Shown: positions 37,538-51,257 of the stretch, one piece after another | Position numbering within the stretch: the first letter of the stretch is position 1 | Layout: each line of letters starts with the position of its first letter | Source: Alphaproteobacteria bacterium | Lineage (GTDB): Bacteria > Pseudomonadota > Alphaproteobacteria > Bin95 | Direction: 5' to 3' | DNA: 64,000 nt | Assembly (NCBI GenBank): GCA_038102935.1 | Contig: JAYNYG010000002.1 | Coordinates: 62,027 to 126,026 of the forward strand | Program-made: the position numbers and the translations under genes | The notes under the pieces: generated by a model | What the model was told of the DNA's origin: nothing | The model's database searches: none | What the model saw: only the letters and a program-made list of their open reading frames with translations

Positions 37538-37957
37538 ATGAAGGACAAATCCATGATCGATACCTCCAAATACAACACCACGGACGCATTTAACGCCGGG
37601 CTCGAAACCCGCCTGAAAGTGCTCGGCCCAGAATACGTGAAGCCCTCCATCGAAAGTGCTGCTGAAGACCCATTCATGCAAACGCTGCAGCAATTCGTGA
37701 CCGAAACCGCATGGGGCACCGTGTGGCAGCGCGAAGGTCTGGACCTTAAAACCCGCAGCCTCTTGAACCTCGCCATGCTGTCCGCAATGGGCCGTGAAGG
37801 CGAATTGAAGCTGCATACCCGCGGCGCCATCAACAATGGCTGCAGCAAGGAAGAAATCGCGGAAGTATTCCTGCAAGCCGCCGTATACGCCGGCGCCCCC
37901 TCCGCCGTATCCGCCTTCCGCATCGCCAAAGGCGTTTTCGACGATATGGGAGTTTGA
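37538..37957 (+). CDS. Carboxymuconolactone decarboxylase/AhpD-like protein
   Basis: GL..R..VLG, AWG.VW.R.GLDLKTRS, ELKLH.RGAINNG, EVFLQAAVYAG.P. Confidence 0.9.
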   Translation: MKDKSMIDTSKYNTTDAFNAGLETRLKVLGPEYVKPSIESAAEDPFMQTLQQFVTETAWGTVWQREGLDLKTRSLLNLAMLSAMGREGELKLHTRGAINNGCSKEEIAEVFLQAAVYAGAPSAVSAFRIAKGVFDDMGV

Positions 37958-37996
37958 GCGGAGGCGCTAAATTTTAGGCTAGAAGGCGCGTTCAAT

Positions 37997-38130
37997 CCTG
38001 CAGTCTCCCCCCTCTCCTTGCCCTTTCCCCCCTAGTAGGGGGCGAGGGTTCAAAAGGTGGAGGCCTATTTGAGGGTCCCCTCTCCCCCCATTGGAGGGAG
38101 AGGGAACAGGGAGAGGGGGGAACCTGCGGG
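37997..38130. repeat. Palindromic intergenic element (RIME/CIR-like), copy 1
   Basis: C-rich left arm and GGGTCCCCTCTCCCCCCATTGGAGGGAGAGGGAACAGGGAGAGGGGGGAA right arm are imperfect inverted repeats, each with an internal hairpin. Confidence 0.75.
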
Positions 38131-38149
38131 TTGTCAAATCCCCAACCCG

Positions 38150-39202
38150 CTACAGCAAATCCCAACTCAGCGGCGTGCCGCGTTTGATCGCCTGCTTGGC
38201 TGAGCGCGCCAGAACGATGTCCAGCCACTTTGGCGCAAGGCCGAAGCCAGGTCGGATAGCGCGGACGTTTGCCGTCGTGAACGCTTCGCCCGCCGCGATA
38301 TCCGCTGTGGCGTAGAGAGAGCGCCGGAAGGCCAGGGATTTCGCCTCTTGCGCTGAAACCGTTCCGTATTGCGCTTGGCCAATCGCCTGCCACGCGCGCT
38401 CGCTTTCCGTCACAAGCGCCGCCATTTCATGCGGCTCTAACGAGAAAGCGGAATCAACGCCGCCATCGGCGCGGGCGAGCGTGAAATGCTTCTCAATCAC
38501 CGTAGCGCCCAAGGCCACGCTGGCGACAGCGGCGCCGACGCCCATGGTGTGATCGGACAATCCAACTTCGCAGCCGAACGCGGCGCGCATATGCGGAATG
38601 GTCGCCAGGTTGGTGTTCTCCGGCGTCGCCGGGTAGGTGCTGGTGCATTGGAGTAGGATGAGGTCCTCGCACCCGGCATCCCGGGCCGCCCGCACCGTTT
38701 CATCAATTTCGGCCAGCGTCGCCATGCCGATGGAAATGATCATCGGCTTACCTTTGGAGGCGACCTTGCGGACCAACGGCAAATCCGTGTTCTCGAAGGA
38801 CGCGATCTTGTAGATGGCGGCGTCCAGCGTTTCCAGGAAATCAGCCGCTGTATCATCGAAAGGCGTGCTGAGCGGGATCATGCCATGGCTAAGGGCGCGC
38901 TCGAAGATCGGCGCGTGCCAATCCCAGGGCGTATGCGCTTCCTCGTAGAGATCATAGAGCGTGCGGCCATGCCACAAGCTGTTCGGATCGGTGATGACGA
39001 AATCGCCTTCAGCGATATCCAGCGTCATCGTATCGGCGGTATATGTCTGCAGCTTCAGCGCATGCGCGCCGGATGCGGCGGCGGCGTCTACGATTTCCAG
39101 CGCCCGATCCAGCGATTGATTGTGATTGCCAGACATCTCCGCGATCACAAAGGGCGCATGGCCAAGGCCGACCTTGCGGCCAGCGATATCAATGTCTGCC
39201 AT
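38150..39202 (-). CDS. pseI: Pseudaminic acid synthase
   Basis: IAEMSGNHNQSL, KLQTYTADTMT, LYEEAHTPWDWH, KIASFE, GLSDHT, IEKHFT, C-terminal SAF domain. Confidence 0.95.
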   Translation of the reverse strand: MADIDIAGRKVGLGHAPFVIAEMSGNHNQSLDRALEIVDAAAASGAHALKLQTYTADTMTLDIAEGDFVITDPNSLWHGRTLYDLYEEAHTPWDWHAPIFERALSHGMIPLSTPFDDTAADFLETLDAAIYKIASFENTDLPLVRKVASKGKPMIISIGMATLAEIDETVRAARDAGCEDLILLQCTSTYPATPENTNLATIPHMRAAFGCEVGLSDHTMGVGAAVASVALGATVIEKHFTLARADGGVDSAFSLEPHEMAALVTESERAWQAIGQAQYGTVSAQEAKSLAFRRSLYATADIAAGEAFTTANVRAIRPGFGLAPKWLDIVLARSAKQAIKRGTPLSWDLL

Positions 39203-39207
39203 TAGTC

Positions 39208-40725
39208 TTACGACCCAACCGGTTTGCGATAGAAACCGCTAGAATAGCGATAGCCGCAGGATAGAAACAGTTCCTTTGACGCGCCATTTGCGGGCAACAC
39301 TTCGGCCAGCACTTCACTTATGTCCGGCCAAAATGCTGCGATCTCCACTTCACCCGCCATCAGGAGGTTCGCCCCAAGGCCGCTGCCGAGGCGATGCGGC
39401 GCGAGATATATCGATACCTCAGCATTGGTATTCTGCTTATCAAACCGGACGACGCCCAGAGCGCCTTCGCGATCCTCACCGATCAGCAACCTTCGCGCGG
39501 GATTGCCGAGGGTTCCAGCGAACCAACGGGCGTGATCCTCAGGTGAAATAATGGCGGTGTTATGCGAGACCGACCTGATCTGTTCATCATTACGCCAGGA
39601 AAGAAGATCCGCGCTGTCATCAAGCGTCGCTGCCCGAAGCGTGACAGGACATGGCGCCAAGCGGCGGGCGATCCGGCGCGCGCCATCGCCATCAACCCGG
39701 CGACGGCATGAGGCCGCCATATCCTCGCGGCGCTTCCTATCCGCCCGAAGCGCTGCGATCGCCGCCTGCAGCGCTGCAGCATCCGCCTCTGCCTGCTCCA
39801 TGGCGACCAGCAAGCCAAGCGCCGCCGCCTCATTCACCTGGTCGCGCTGATTATCTGCGACGATGACAGCGATGGTGGGCAAGCCCATGGCCATCCGCTC
39901 CCAGACCATGCTGCCGCCGGCGCCGATCGCCATATCCGTCGCAGCCATCAATTGCCCCATGCGGGAGGAATTGACGTGGCAGGTCCAGCCAAGTTCGGCG
40001 CAGCGGCCCGCAATCGCCGCCCGGCCTTCATGGGCCGCGCCGACAACCACATGCGCATGATCGCCTGGTTGCACAATCGCCGCCAGCGCCTCTATCGCCA
40101 CTCGCGTCATTCCGGCGGCGTCTACGCCGCCGAAAGCGATCAGGAAGCGCATCGGATCGCCGCTAGCATCCGTTATCCGCGGCGGTGCGGCGGCGAATTC
40201 GCTGCGGAGTGCGGCATAGCGCGGGCCAAGCTGGAGTTGGGCGCCAGGCGGCGTCAAATCGCGATACCGGGCATGCGGCTTCGCAACAAGGCTCGGGTCT
40301 GAAAGCAGTGCTACGGCGTGGCGGCGATCCGCCAGATCATCCATGGCTGCGACACGGCGTCCATTCACGGCGACCGCCTGTTCCCAGTCCGCATCCAGGC
40401 CATAGTGATCAACCACGATCCAATCAGCGCTGACTTCATCCGCGATCTCGTTGGTTTCAACCGCGTCATCCTGCCAAGGCGCTTTCAGCCAATGGGCATA
40501 GGGAATGTCATTCCCTTTCGCCGAATTGTCGCCGTCTGATGGGATAAGGTATTGCAGCCCATGGCCATCGGCCGTGATGCGGTCAGCAAGCAATGGTGGA
40601 ATTTCGCGGCACGCAAACACACTGTCGCCGCCTTGAGCTTTGACAGCCCCAGCCAGCGCCAGGCAACGCATTACATGGCCTGTGCCAATTTCGGCAGAAG
40701 CATCCGCGCGAAACAGCACGGTCAT
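39208..40725 (-). CDS. pseG: PseG hydrolase fused to a C-terminal GNAT (PseH-like)
   Basis: FRADAS..IGTGHVMRCL.LA, VVDHY, DDLADR, FGGVD, AIGAGG...WER, VADNQ; then LR.AT..D...L.WRND...H..WF GNAT. Confidence 0.88.
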   Translation of the reverse strand: MTVLFRADASAEIGTGHVMRCLALAGAVKAQGGDSVFACREIPPLLADRITADGHGLQYLIPSDGDNSAKGNDIPYAHWLKAPWQDDAVETNEIADEVSADWIVVDHYGLDADWEQAVAVNGRRVAAMDDLADRRHAVALLSDPSLVAKPHARYRDLTPPGAQLQLGPRYAALRSEFAAAPPRITDASGDPMRFLIAFGGVDAAGMTRVAIEALAAIVQPGDHAHVVVGAAHEGRAAIAGRCAELGWTCHVNSSRMGQLMAATDMAIGAGGSMVWERMAMGLPTIAVIVADNQRDQVNEAAALGLLVAMEQAEADAAALQAAIAALRADRKRREDMAASCRRRVDGDGARRIARRLAPCPVTLRAATLDDSADLLSWRNDEQIRSVSHNTAIISPEDHARWFAGTLGNPARRLLIGEDREGALGVVRFDKQNTNAEVSIYLAPHRLGSGLGANLLMAGEVEIAAFWPDISEVLAEVLPANGASKELFLSCGYRYSSGFYRKPVGS

Positions 40726-41413
40726 GGATTCGCACCCCCAAGTGCGCGGAACATATGTTCCGCCCGCGTCCAATCTTCTAGCGTGTCAATATCTTGTACC
40801 CGATGGCGCGGCAGCACAAAAGGGACCGATGCGCGAGAAAATAATGGTGTTTCAACTAACCAAGCCTCCTTCTTGCCCCAATAGAATTGTCCTGCATCGT
40901 GAAACGCCTCCTCAAGGTCCTGCGAGCGCGTTTCACTATACTCTGGGTAGATTGGCGCAACGCCCCCATCCCGGATCGCCAAAGCCCGCTGGACGGGAAA
41001 GGCGAAGCTTGTGACACTGAACGCGAAGGCTTTACCTGACGCAGCTGTCAGCGCTTTGTAAGCGGCGGTCAGGTCGCTCGCTTGCACAAATGGCGCAGTT
41101 GCGTAGATGCAGCAAGCATAGGCGATGTCATCGCCGCCAGCTGACAATTGCTCAACTGCATGTTTCACGACGGGCGCTGTGCCGGTCATATCGTCAGCGA
41201 TTTCCTGAGGGCGGAAAAATGGAATTTCAGCGCCGTATGTTTCCGCGACCCGCGCTATCTCCTGGTCATCCGTCGAGACCACCACACGGTCGAAAAGCCC
41301 CGTTTCCAGCGCCGCCTCGATGGAATAGGCGATGATCGGCTTGCCTTCGAACGAGCGGATGTTCTTGCCCGGTATGCGCTTAGAGCCGCCCCGCGCTGGA
41401 ATTATCGCGACGT

Positions 41414-41417
<4 letters not shown>
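40722..41417 (-). CDS. pseF: Pseudaminic acid cytidylyltransferase
   Basis: IIPARGGSKRIPGKNI, CCIYATAP, RSQDLE.AFHDAGQFYW, QDIDT.EDW. Confidence 0.93.
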
Positions 41418-45235
<3,818 letters not shown>

Positions 45236-45270
45236 GGGGCTGGATTTCCGTTGCTGCGTTTGGGGTCGAG

Positions 45271-45433
45271 CCGCAAGCGCCCCTCCTCCCGGTTCCCTCT
45301 GTCCTCTGCAGGTGCGAAGAGACCCACGGCGAGACCGCATTCCAACTTTCGAAATACAGGCGCGGCCTAGGTGCGGGTCCCCTCGCCCTCCATAGGAGGG
45401 AGAGGGATCAGAGAGAGGGTGGAAGCCTGCAGG
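45271..45433. repeat. Palindromic intergenic element (RIME/CIR-like), copy 2
   Basis: 45375-45433 GGGTCCCCTCGCCCTCCATAGGAGGGAGAGGGATCAGAGAGAGGGTGGAAGCCTGCAGG aligns closely with 38073-38130; the left arm is degenerate. Confidence 0.72.
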
Positions 45434-45482
45434 TCAATATCTTCCGCCCGGTTCACACCACGCTGGCCGGTCTGTCAAGCCA

Positions 45483-46307
45483 TCAAGCAGGCCGGTCGCC
45501 CTTCACTGTCACCCGGTAGCCCGAGCGCGTGTTCGGGAAATAATCCCACATGGCGATGTGTTGGACACAGCGATTGTCCCAAAACGCCATGGAATTCTTC
45601 TGCCACTTAAAGCGCACCTGCCAATGCGGTTTATTGTTATGGGCGTACAAGAACCTGAGGATCGCATCGGCCTCATCGCGCGGCAGGTCCTTGATGCCGA
45701 CGGTGAAAACCGGGTTCACAAAGATCGCCTTCTTGCCGCTGACCGGATGCGTGCGGATCAACGGATGTTCGGCGCGCGGGAAGACGCGATCATCCGTGCG
45801 GCCATCGCGCTGGGCGCGGTCGTGATAGTTCGGGTTGCCATCATGGATCGCGATCATGCCGTCCAGATAGTCTTTCATTTTGTCCGATAGCGCGTCATAG
45901 GCGGCATACATGCTGGCGAACAACGTATCGCCGCCTTCGGGGGGGATCGTGTGCAAGCGGAGGATGGAGCCCATCGGCGGTTCAGGATCGCAAGACACAT
46001 CCGAGTGCCAACGCTCGCCCGCGATTTGCTTGGCATTTTCATCGGCATGGATTGTCAGCACATCCGGATGGCCCTCGGGGCCAGGCGCCGAGGGGTGAAC
46101 ATGCAGCTCGCCGAACTTCCGCCCGAAGTCCTTATGTTGGTCAAGTGAGATATCCTGGTCGCGGAAGAAAATGACCTGATGTTCAATGAGTGCATCATGG
46201 ACTTCGGAAAAAGCCCGATTGCCCAAGGGTTTTGAGAGATCAATCCCATGAATCTCAGCGCCGATGGTCGGCGTGAGCGGGCGGACATCAATTTCTTCAT
46301 AAGCCAT
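45483..46307 (-). CDS. TauD/TfdA family 2OG-dependent dioxygenase
   Basis: IGAEI.G.DL, FFRDQ, WHSD, GGDTLF, HPLIRTHP, WDNR..QH. Confidence 0.93.
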   Translation of the reverse strand: MAYEEIDVRPLTPTIGAEIHGIDLSKPLGNRAFSEVHDALIEHQVIFFRDQDISLDQHKDFGRKFGELHVHPSAPGPEGHPDVLTIHADENAKQIAGERWHSDVSCDPEPPMGSILRLHTIPPEGGDTLFASMYAAYDALSDKMKDYLDGMIAIHDGNPNYHDRAQRDGRTDDRVFPRAEHPLIRTHPVSGKKAIFVNPVFTVGIKDLPRDEADAILRFLYAHNNKPHWQVRFKWQKNSMAFWDNRCVQHIAMWDYFPNTRSGYRVTVKGDRPA

Positions 46308-46369
46308 GTTGCATCTCCATCACGTTATGAGCGGACTTGGTTGGCAATCTCGGTTAAAGGTCGTGCTGG

Positions 46370-47128
46370 CTACCCCCGGCCAAGCAACGGCATTTTGGTC
46401 GCCATCACGGTTATGGTCTGCACATTTGCGTCTAACGGCAAGCCCGCCATGTAAACGATCGCGTCGCCGACAGCCTTCACATCCATGACAGGCTCTTCCT
46501 GCATCGACCCATCCGGCTGCAACACGCCTTCCTTCATGCGCTGAGTCATAGGCGTTTCGGCGTTGCCGATATCGATCTGCCCAACAGCGATATTATAGGC
46601 GCGGCCGTCCAGCCCCGTCGCTTTGGTCAGCCCCGTGATCGCATGTTTGGTGGACGTATACGGCGCCGAAAAAGGCCGGGGCACATGCGCCGAGATCGAG
46701 CCATTGTTGACGATGCGCCCGCCCATCGGGTCTTGCGCTTTCATAATTCGAAAGGCTTCCTGGCTGCATAGAAATGGCCCGGTCAGGTTAACGTCAACGC
46801 AGCCCTGCCATTGCTCAACCGTCAATTCTTCAAACGGGATCGGCGGCGTGCCAGCGCCGGCATTGTTGAAGAGGAAGTCCAGGCGGCCAAAGGCCTCTTC
46901 CGTGCGTTGGAACAGTTCCGCCACTTCGGCGGCGACCGTTACATCCGTCGGCACGCCGATGGCGCGATCTTCGCCAACGCCCGCTTCAGCAATCACATCC
47001 TGCAACGCGCTCGCCCGACGACCGGCAAGCGCAACGCACCACCCATCGGCCAACAACCCCAACGCCGCCGCCCGGCCAATGCCGGAGCCCGCGCCTGTTA
47101 CTACTGCTACTTTTCGATTGTCAGCCAT
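46370..47128 (-). CDS. Short-chain dehydrogenase/reductase
   Basis: [13 protein letters not shown]...YTSTK catalytic motif; start at MADNRKVA. Confidence 0.92.
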   Translation of the reverse strand: MADNRKVAVVTGAGSGIGRAAALGLLADGWCVALAGRRASALQDVIAEAGVGEDRAIGVPTDVTVAAEVAELFQRTEEAFGRLDFLFNNAGAGTPPIPFEELTVEQWQGCVDVNLTGPFLCSQEAFRIMKAQDPMGGRIVNNGSISAHVPRPFSAPYTSTKHAITGLTKATGLDGRAYNIAVGQIDIGNAETPMTQRMKEGVLQPDGSMQEEPVMDVKAVGDAIVYMAGLPLDANVQTITVMATKMPLLGRG

Positions 47129-47289
47129 TTCGCCCATCCCATCCAAAAAAGTCGAATCCCTGCATATTGACCGCCAGAAACTCGGAGCTTTGTCAAATAG
47201 TTCTGACTTGGCGCCCACTTCCAGCTGCGCCATCCTAACAGCAACACAGCAGATTTGGGTCTTCGGGCTGCGGCAAGGAAACTAGAATA

Positions 47290-49305
47290 ATGACAGCACG
47301 GGCAGGTGTCGAAGTCGGCGGCACATTTACCGACCTTGTTTATGTGAAAGACGGCCAGATCATCGTTGCTAAAGCGCCGAGCACGCCCGCTTCGCCGGAT
47401 ATCGGCGCGCGGGATGCGTTGGCCAAGGGCGCGGTTGACCTTGGGGCGCTGAATGAATTGGCTCATGGCTCAACGGTCGCCACCAACGCCATTCTGGAGC
47501 GAAAGGGCGCGCGCGTCGCCTTGCTGACAACTGCGGGGTTCCGGGACCTGCTGCTGTTACAGCGCCATCAGCGACGGCAGATTTATGACCTGCACTATGA
47601 GAAGCCTGTGCCGGTGGTTCGCCGCCGAGATACGGTGGAAATTGTTGAGCGCATTGGCCCAGATGGATCTGTCGCTGTGGCCTTGGATGAGGACGCCGCC
47701 CGCGCCGCTATCACCGAATTGCTGGCCGCACGGGATTTTGACGCTGTCGCGATTTGCCTGCTGAACAGCTTCGCCAACCCGGCCCATGAAGCGCGATTAG
47801 TCGAGATTCTGGCTGAGATCGCGCCAGACATGCAGGCGGCGCCTTCCTATAAAATCGCCCGTGAATTCCGGGAGTTTGAGCGCGCCTCCACCACGACTTT
47901 GTCTGCCTATGTGCAGCCGGTCGTCGGTCGTTATCTGGATAAATTTGAGGCGTCGCTCGGAGAGGATGGGTTCACGGGCGCTTTCTCTGTCATGCAGTCC
48001 AATGGCGGGCGGATGCCTGCAGCGGCGATGGCGGAGAACGCGATTACCGCCTTGTTCAGCGGCCCGGCAGCGGGCGTTGTTGGCGCGGTTCGGCAGGCAG
48101 CGCGATCTGGTTTCAAGAACTTCATCACGTTGGATGTTGGCGGCACATCGACGGATGTTTGTTTAGCCCCCAATGGTCGCCCAGCCTTAGCGCCGATGAC
48201 AGAAATTGACGGCCTGCCAGTCAAGACGCCGGTCATCGACATGGCGACCGTAGGCGCTGGCGGGGGGTCGCTGGTTTGGGCGGATGACGGCGGCATGCTG
48301 CGCGTCGGCCCGGAAAGCGCAGGCGCTGACCCCGGCCCCGCCTGCTACGGCAAAGGCGGCAAAGCGCCGACGATCACAGACGCCCATGTGGTGCGCGGCA
48401 CCATGCAAGCCGCAGCCTTCCTTGGCGGCGAAATGGACCTGGATACAGCCGCCGCTGAAGCCGTATTCCAACCGCTTGCAGATATGTTCGGGAAATCGCC
48501 GCTGGAGATTGCCGACGCCGCAATCCAACTGGCGGAATCCAACATCGCCCGCGCCATTCAACGCGTTTCCACTGAGCGCGGCCGGGACCCGCGCGACTAC
48601 GCCATGGTCGCGTTCGGCGGCGCCGGGCCAATGCATGCGGTGCGCGTCGCAGAAGAAATCGGCCTTTCCGCCGTCATCATCCCGCCATTCGCAGGCGTGC
48701 TTTCGGCGCTTGGTTTGCTGGTCGCAGACTATGCCCGCTTCGCCGCATTGACCGACCGGCAACCGCTGGATGGGAAAGCGGCAGACGTTGTCCGCGGCCA
48801 CATGACCAAGCTGGAAGCCGATATCCGCGCGCATTTCGATGAACACGGCTTGGCCGCACCTTCCCGTTTCCAATACACGCTAGATATGCGCTATCGGGGC
48901 CAGGCCTTCGAAGCATCAGTCGAGCTTACCGCCGATGAATTGCCGGGTTTGAACGAAGCCCTGCTGGAAGAGAAATTCCGGGCGGCCCATACGCAGCTTT
49001 ACGCCTTCGCCAAAGCGCCGGGCGAGCCAGCGGAGATTGTGGCCTATCGCGCAGGCGGCTCCCTGCCGCCGCCGCCCTTCCCGGAATCGCCGGTGACGCG
49101 GGAAGCGAGCGACGCGGCGGAGATCAGCCTCTATGAGCGCGGCGGCCAGCACACCGCGAAAATGCTCCCCCGCGCCGGACTTTCGACAGAAGGCGACGCC
49201 GGGCCGCTGTTGATCGATGACGGCCTCGCCACCGTATATGTGCCGCCCGGCTGGACGGCAGGGCTGGACGCATCCGGCAATATCGTCATTCAGAAGGAGG
49301 GCTGA
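47290..49305 (+). CDS. Hydantoinase A/5-oxoprolinase ATP-binding subunit
   Basis: VGGTFTD, HGSTVATNAILE, REFER, SGPAAG, DVGGTSTDV, GPESAGADPGPACYG, FGGAG. Confidence 0.93.
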   Translation: MTARAGVEVGGTFTDLVYVKDGQIIVAKAPSTPASPDIGARDALAKGAVDLGALNELAHGSTVATNAILERKGARVALLTTAGFRDLLLLQRHQRRQIYDLHYEKPVPVVRRRDTVEIVERIGPDGSVAVALDEDAARAAITELLAARDFDAVAICLLNSFANPAHEARLVEILAEIAPDMQAAPSYKIAREFREFERASTTTLSAYVQPVVGRYLDKFEASLGEDGFTGAFSVMQSNGGRMPAAAMAENAITALFSGPAAGVVGAVRQAARSGFKNFITLDVGGTSTDVCLAPNGRPALAPMTEIDGLPVKTPVIDMATVGAGGGSLVWADDGGMLRVGPESAGADPGPACYGKGGKAPTITDAHVVRGTMQAAAFLGGEMDLDTAAAEAVFQPLADMFGKSPLEIADAAIQLAESNIARAIQRVSTERGRDPRDYAMVAFGGAGPMHAVRVAEEIGLSAVIIPPFAGVLSALGLLVADYARFAALTDRQPLDGKAADVVRGHMTKLEADIRAHFDEHGLAAPSRFQYTLDMRYRGQAFEASVELTADELPGLNEALLEEKFRAAHTQLYAFAKAPGEPAEIVAYRAGGSLPPPPFPESPVTREASDAAEISLYERGGQHTAKMLPRAGLSTEGDAGPLLIDDGLATVYVPPGWTAGLDASGNIVIQKEG

Positions 49306-49308
49306 GCC

Positions 49309-50940
49309 ATGCCGCTGGATCCTGTTGAACAAGCTATCGTCGCCCAGAGCCTGATCGCGGCGGCGCAGGAGATGGGCGTGAAGCTCATCCGCTCCGCCCA
49401 CTCCCCCATCGTGCGGGAGGCGGAGGATTGTTCCGCCGCATTGATGAGCGCGGATGGCGACGTGATCGCGCAGGCCGAACTGATCCCGATCCAGCTTGGC
49501 TCCATCAGCCATACCTTCCGCCACTGCGCCGAGCGCTGCCCGCCGGATACCCTGGAGCCCGGCGATTTCTACATCACAAACGACGCCTACAAGGGCGGCC
49601 AACATATCCAGGACATCTTCCTGTTCTGCCCGATTTTCCATGAAGGCGTGCGGATCGGCTTCGCCGCGACAGTCGTCCATCACATTGATTTGGGCGGCGG
49701 CGCGCCCGGCCTGAACCCGAATGCGCCGGATATTCATAGTGAAGGCATCATCTTTCCTGCGATCAAGTTGAACCGCGAACGGGATTGGGCGGGCGGCCCA
49801 TGGGAAGCGTTTGTACGCGCCAATATCCGCATGCCCGACGCGACCTTGGGCGATATCGACGCGCAATTCGCCGCCAACGCCATTGGCGCGGAACGGTTAT
49901 CCGCGCTGGCTGATAAATATGGCCGCGACAAGCTGGCCGCCGCGATGACCGAAATGCTGGATTACTCAGAGCGCCGCGTCCGCAACGCCCTCCGCGACGC
50001 GCCGGATGGCGTTTATACCGGCGAGGATGCGCTGGATGACGACGGCGTGGGATCTGATCCTGTGCCTGTCAAAGCTACGGTCACCATCAAGGGCGATGCG
50101 ATGGAGATCGACTTCACAGGCACCGCGCCCCAAGTCGCGACCAATATGAACACGCCCTTCGCTTCCACCGTGGCCTCAGCGGTGGCCGCGGCGAAATCCG
50201 TGCTGACGGACCCTGACATTCCCTTCAATGACGGCTGCAGCCGCGCGATAACGGTGAAAGCGCCGGAAGGCACCATCCTGAACCCGCGCTACCCTGCCCC
50301 CGTCCGCGCCCGCTTGCTGGCGAGCTACCGGGCCTTCAACGCGGTGATGAAAGCCTTGTCCACGGCTGCCCCCACCCGCGTGATCGCCACAGGCACCGAC
50401 ACGACAACGCCCTGCTGCCTCGCATGGCTCGGGCCGGACGGGTACGACATCTACTTGGAAATATTTGGCGGCGGATATGGCGCTGGGCCGGAGAATGACG
50501 GCGCGGACGGCATCGACAGCCCCCTGTCAAATTGCGGCAATATCCCTGTTGAAGCGAAGGATATGGACCACGCTTTCTTCCGCTGCATCGAATACAGCTA
50601 TGTGGAAGGTTCCGGCGGAACGGGCCGGATGCGCGGCGGCCTAGGCTTCCGCAAAATCTACGAAATTCTGGAAGACAATGTCACCTTCGCCACATATGGC
50701 GACCGCTTTACCCAACGCGCAGACGGGCTATTCGGCGGGGGGCAAGGCGCGCCCGGCCAGAACCGTGTGCTGCGCGGGAATGAGGTGATCGACCTACCAT
50801 CTAAGACATCCTTCCTGCTCAAACGCGGCGACAAGCTGATCGTGCAAGTCGCCGCTGGCGGCGGGTATGGCGATGCGGCAGACCGGCCAAACGCCCGCGC
50901 CGTCCGCGACCAGGAAGATGGTTTGGTCGCGGCGGAGTGA
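49309..50940 (+). CDS. Hydantoinase B/oxoprolinase subunit
   Basis: SPIVREAED.S, NDAY.GG.H..D, HH.DLGG, SEG, DFTGT, GSGG.G..RGG.G, GGGYG. Confidence 0.93.
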   Translation: MPLDPVEQAIVAQSLIAAAQEMGVKLIRSAHSPIVREAEDCSAALMSADGDVIAQAELIPIQLGSISHTFRHCAERCPPDTLEPGDFYITNDAYKGGQHIQDIFLFCPIFHEGVRIGFAATVVHHIDLGGGAPGLNPNAPDIHSEGIIFPAIKLNRERDWAGGPWEAFVRANIRMPDATLGDIDAQFAANAIGAERLSALADKYGRDKLAAAMTEMLDYSERRVRNALRDAPDGVYTGEDALDDDGVGSDPVPVKATVTIKGDAMEIDFTGTAPQVATNMNTPFASTVASAVAAAKSVLTDPDIPFNDGCSRAITVKAPEGTILNPRYPAPVRARLLASYRAFNAVMKALSTAAPTRVIATGTDTTTPCCLAWLGPDGYDIYLEIFGGGYGAGPENDGADGIDSPLSNCGNIPVEAKDMDHAFFRCIEYSYVEGSGGTGRMRGGLGFRKIYEILEDNVTFATYGDRFTQRADGLFGGGQGAPGQNRVLRGNEVIDLPSKTSFLLKRGDKLIVQVAAGGGYGDAADRPNARAVRDQEDGLVAAE

Positions 50941-51257
50941 CGCGAATTCTAAAACTTTATTGCTTTTACAGAACGATGGGTCTATTTCCTCTCTCAATAC
51001 CGCGCCGCGCGTAGAAGACGATGCTTCGTCAGCGGCGCCGCTCTAGAGCAACCGTACCCCCACGCATGTTGCGAATACCGCGTGAGATCGATCGCTTTTG
51101 TGCATTCACGGGACGCTCAATGCGGACCCGTACAGCCACCCGGCGCTGATCTACGCTAGCTCCATTTGAAAAGACGGCAAGCGCCGCTACGCACCCATGC
51201 GAGCGGCGATGCGGCTTGCGCCGTGGAGTCTTGCTTTGTGTATTGGATGATAAATAC

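Noticed and set aside
37992-38393. 133-aa ORF with a P/G/R/E-rich end
   Set aside because: Translation through the palindromic repeat and an alternative frame of pseI
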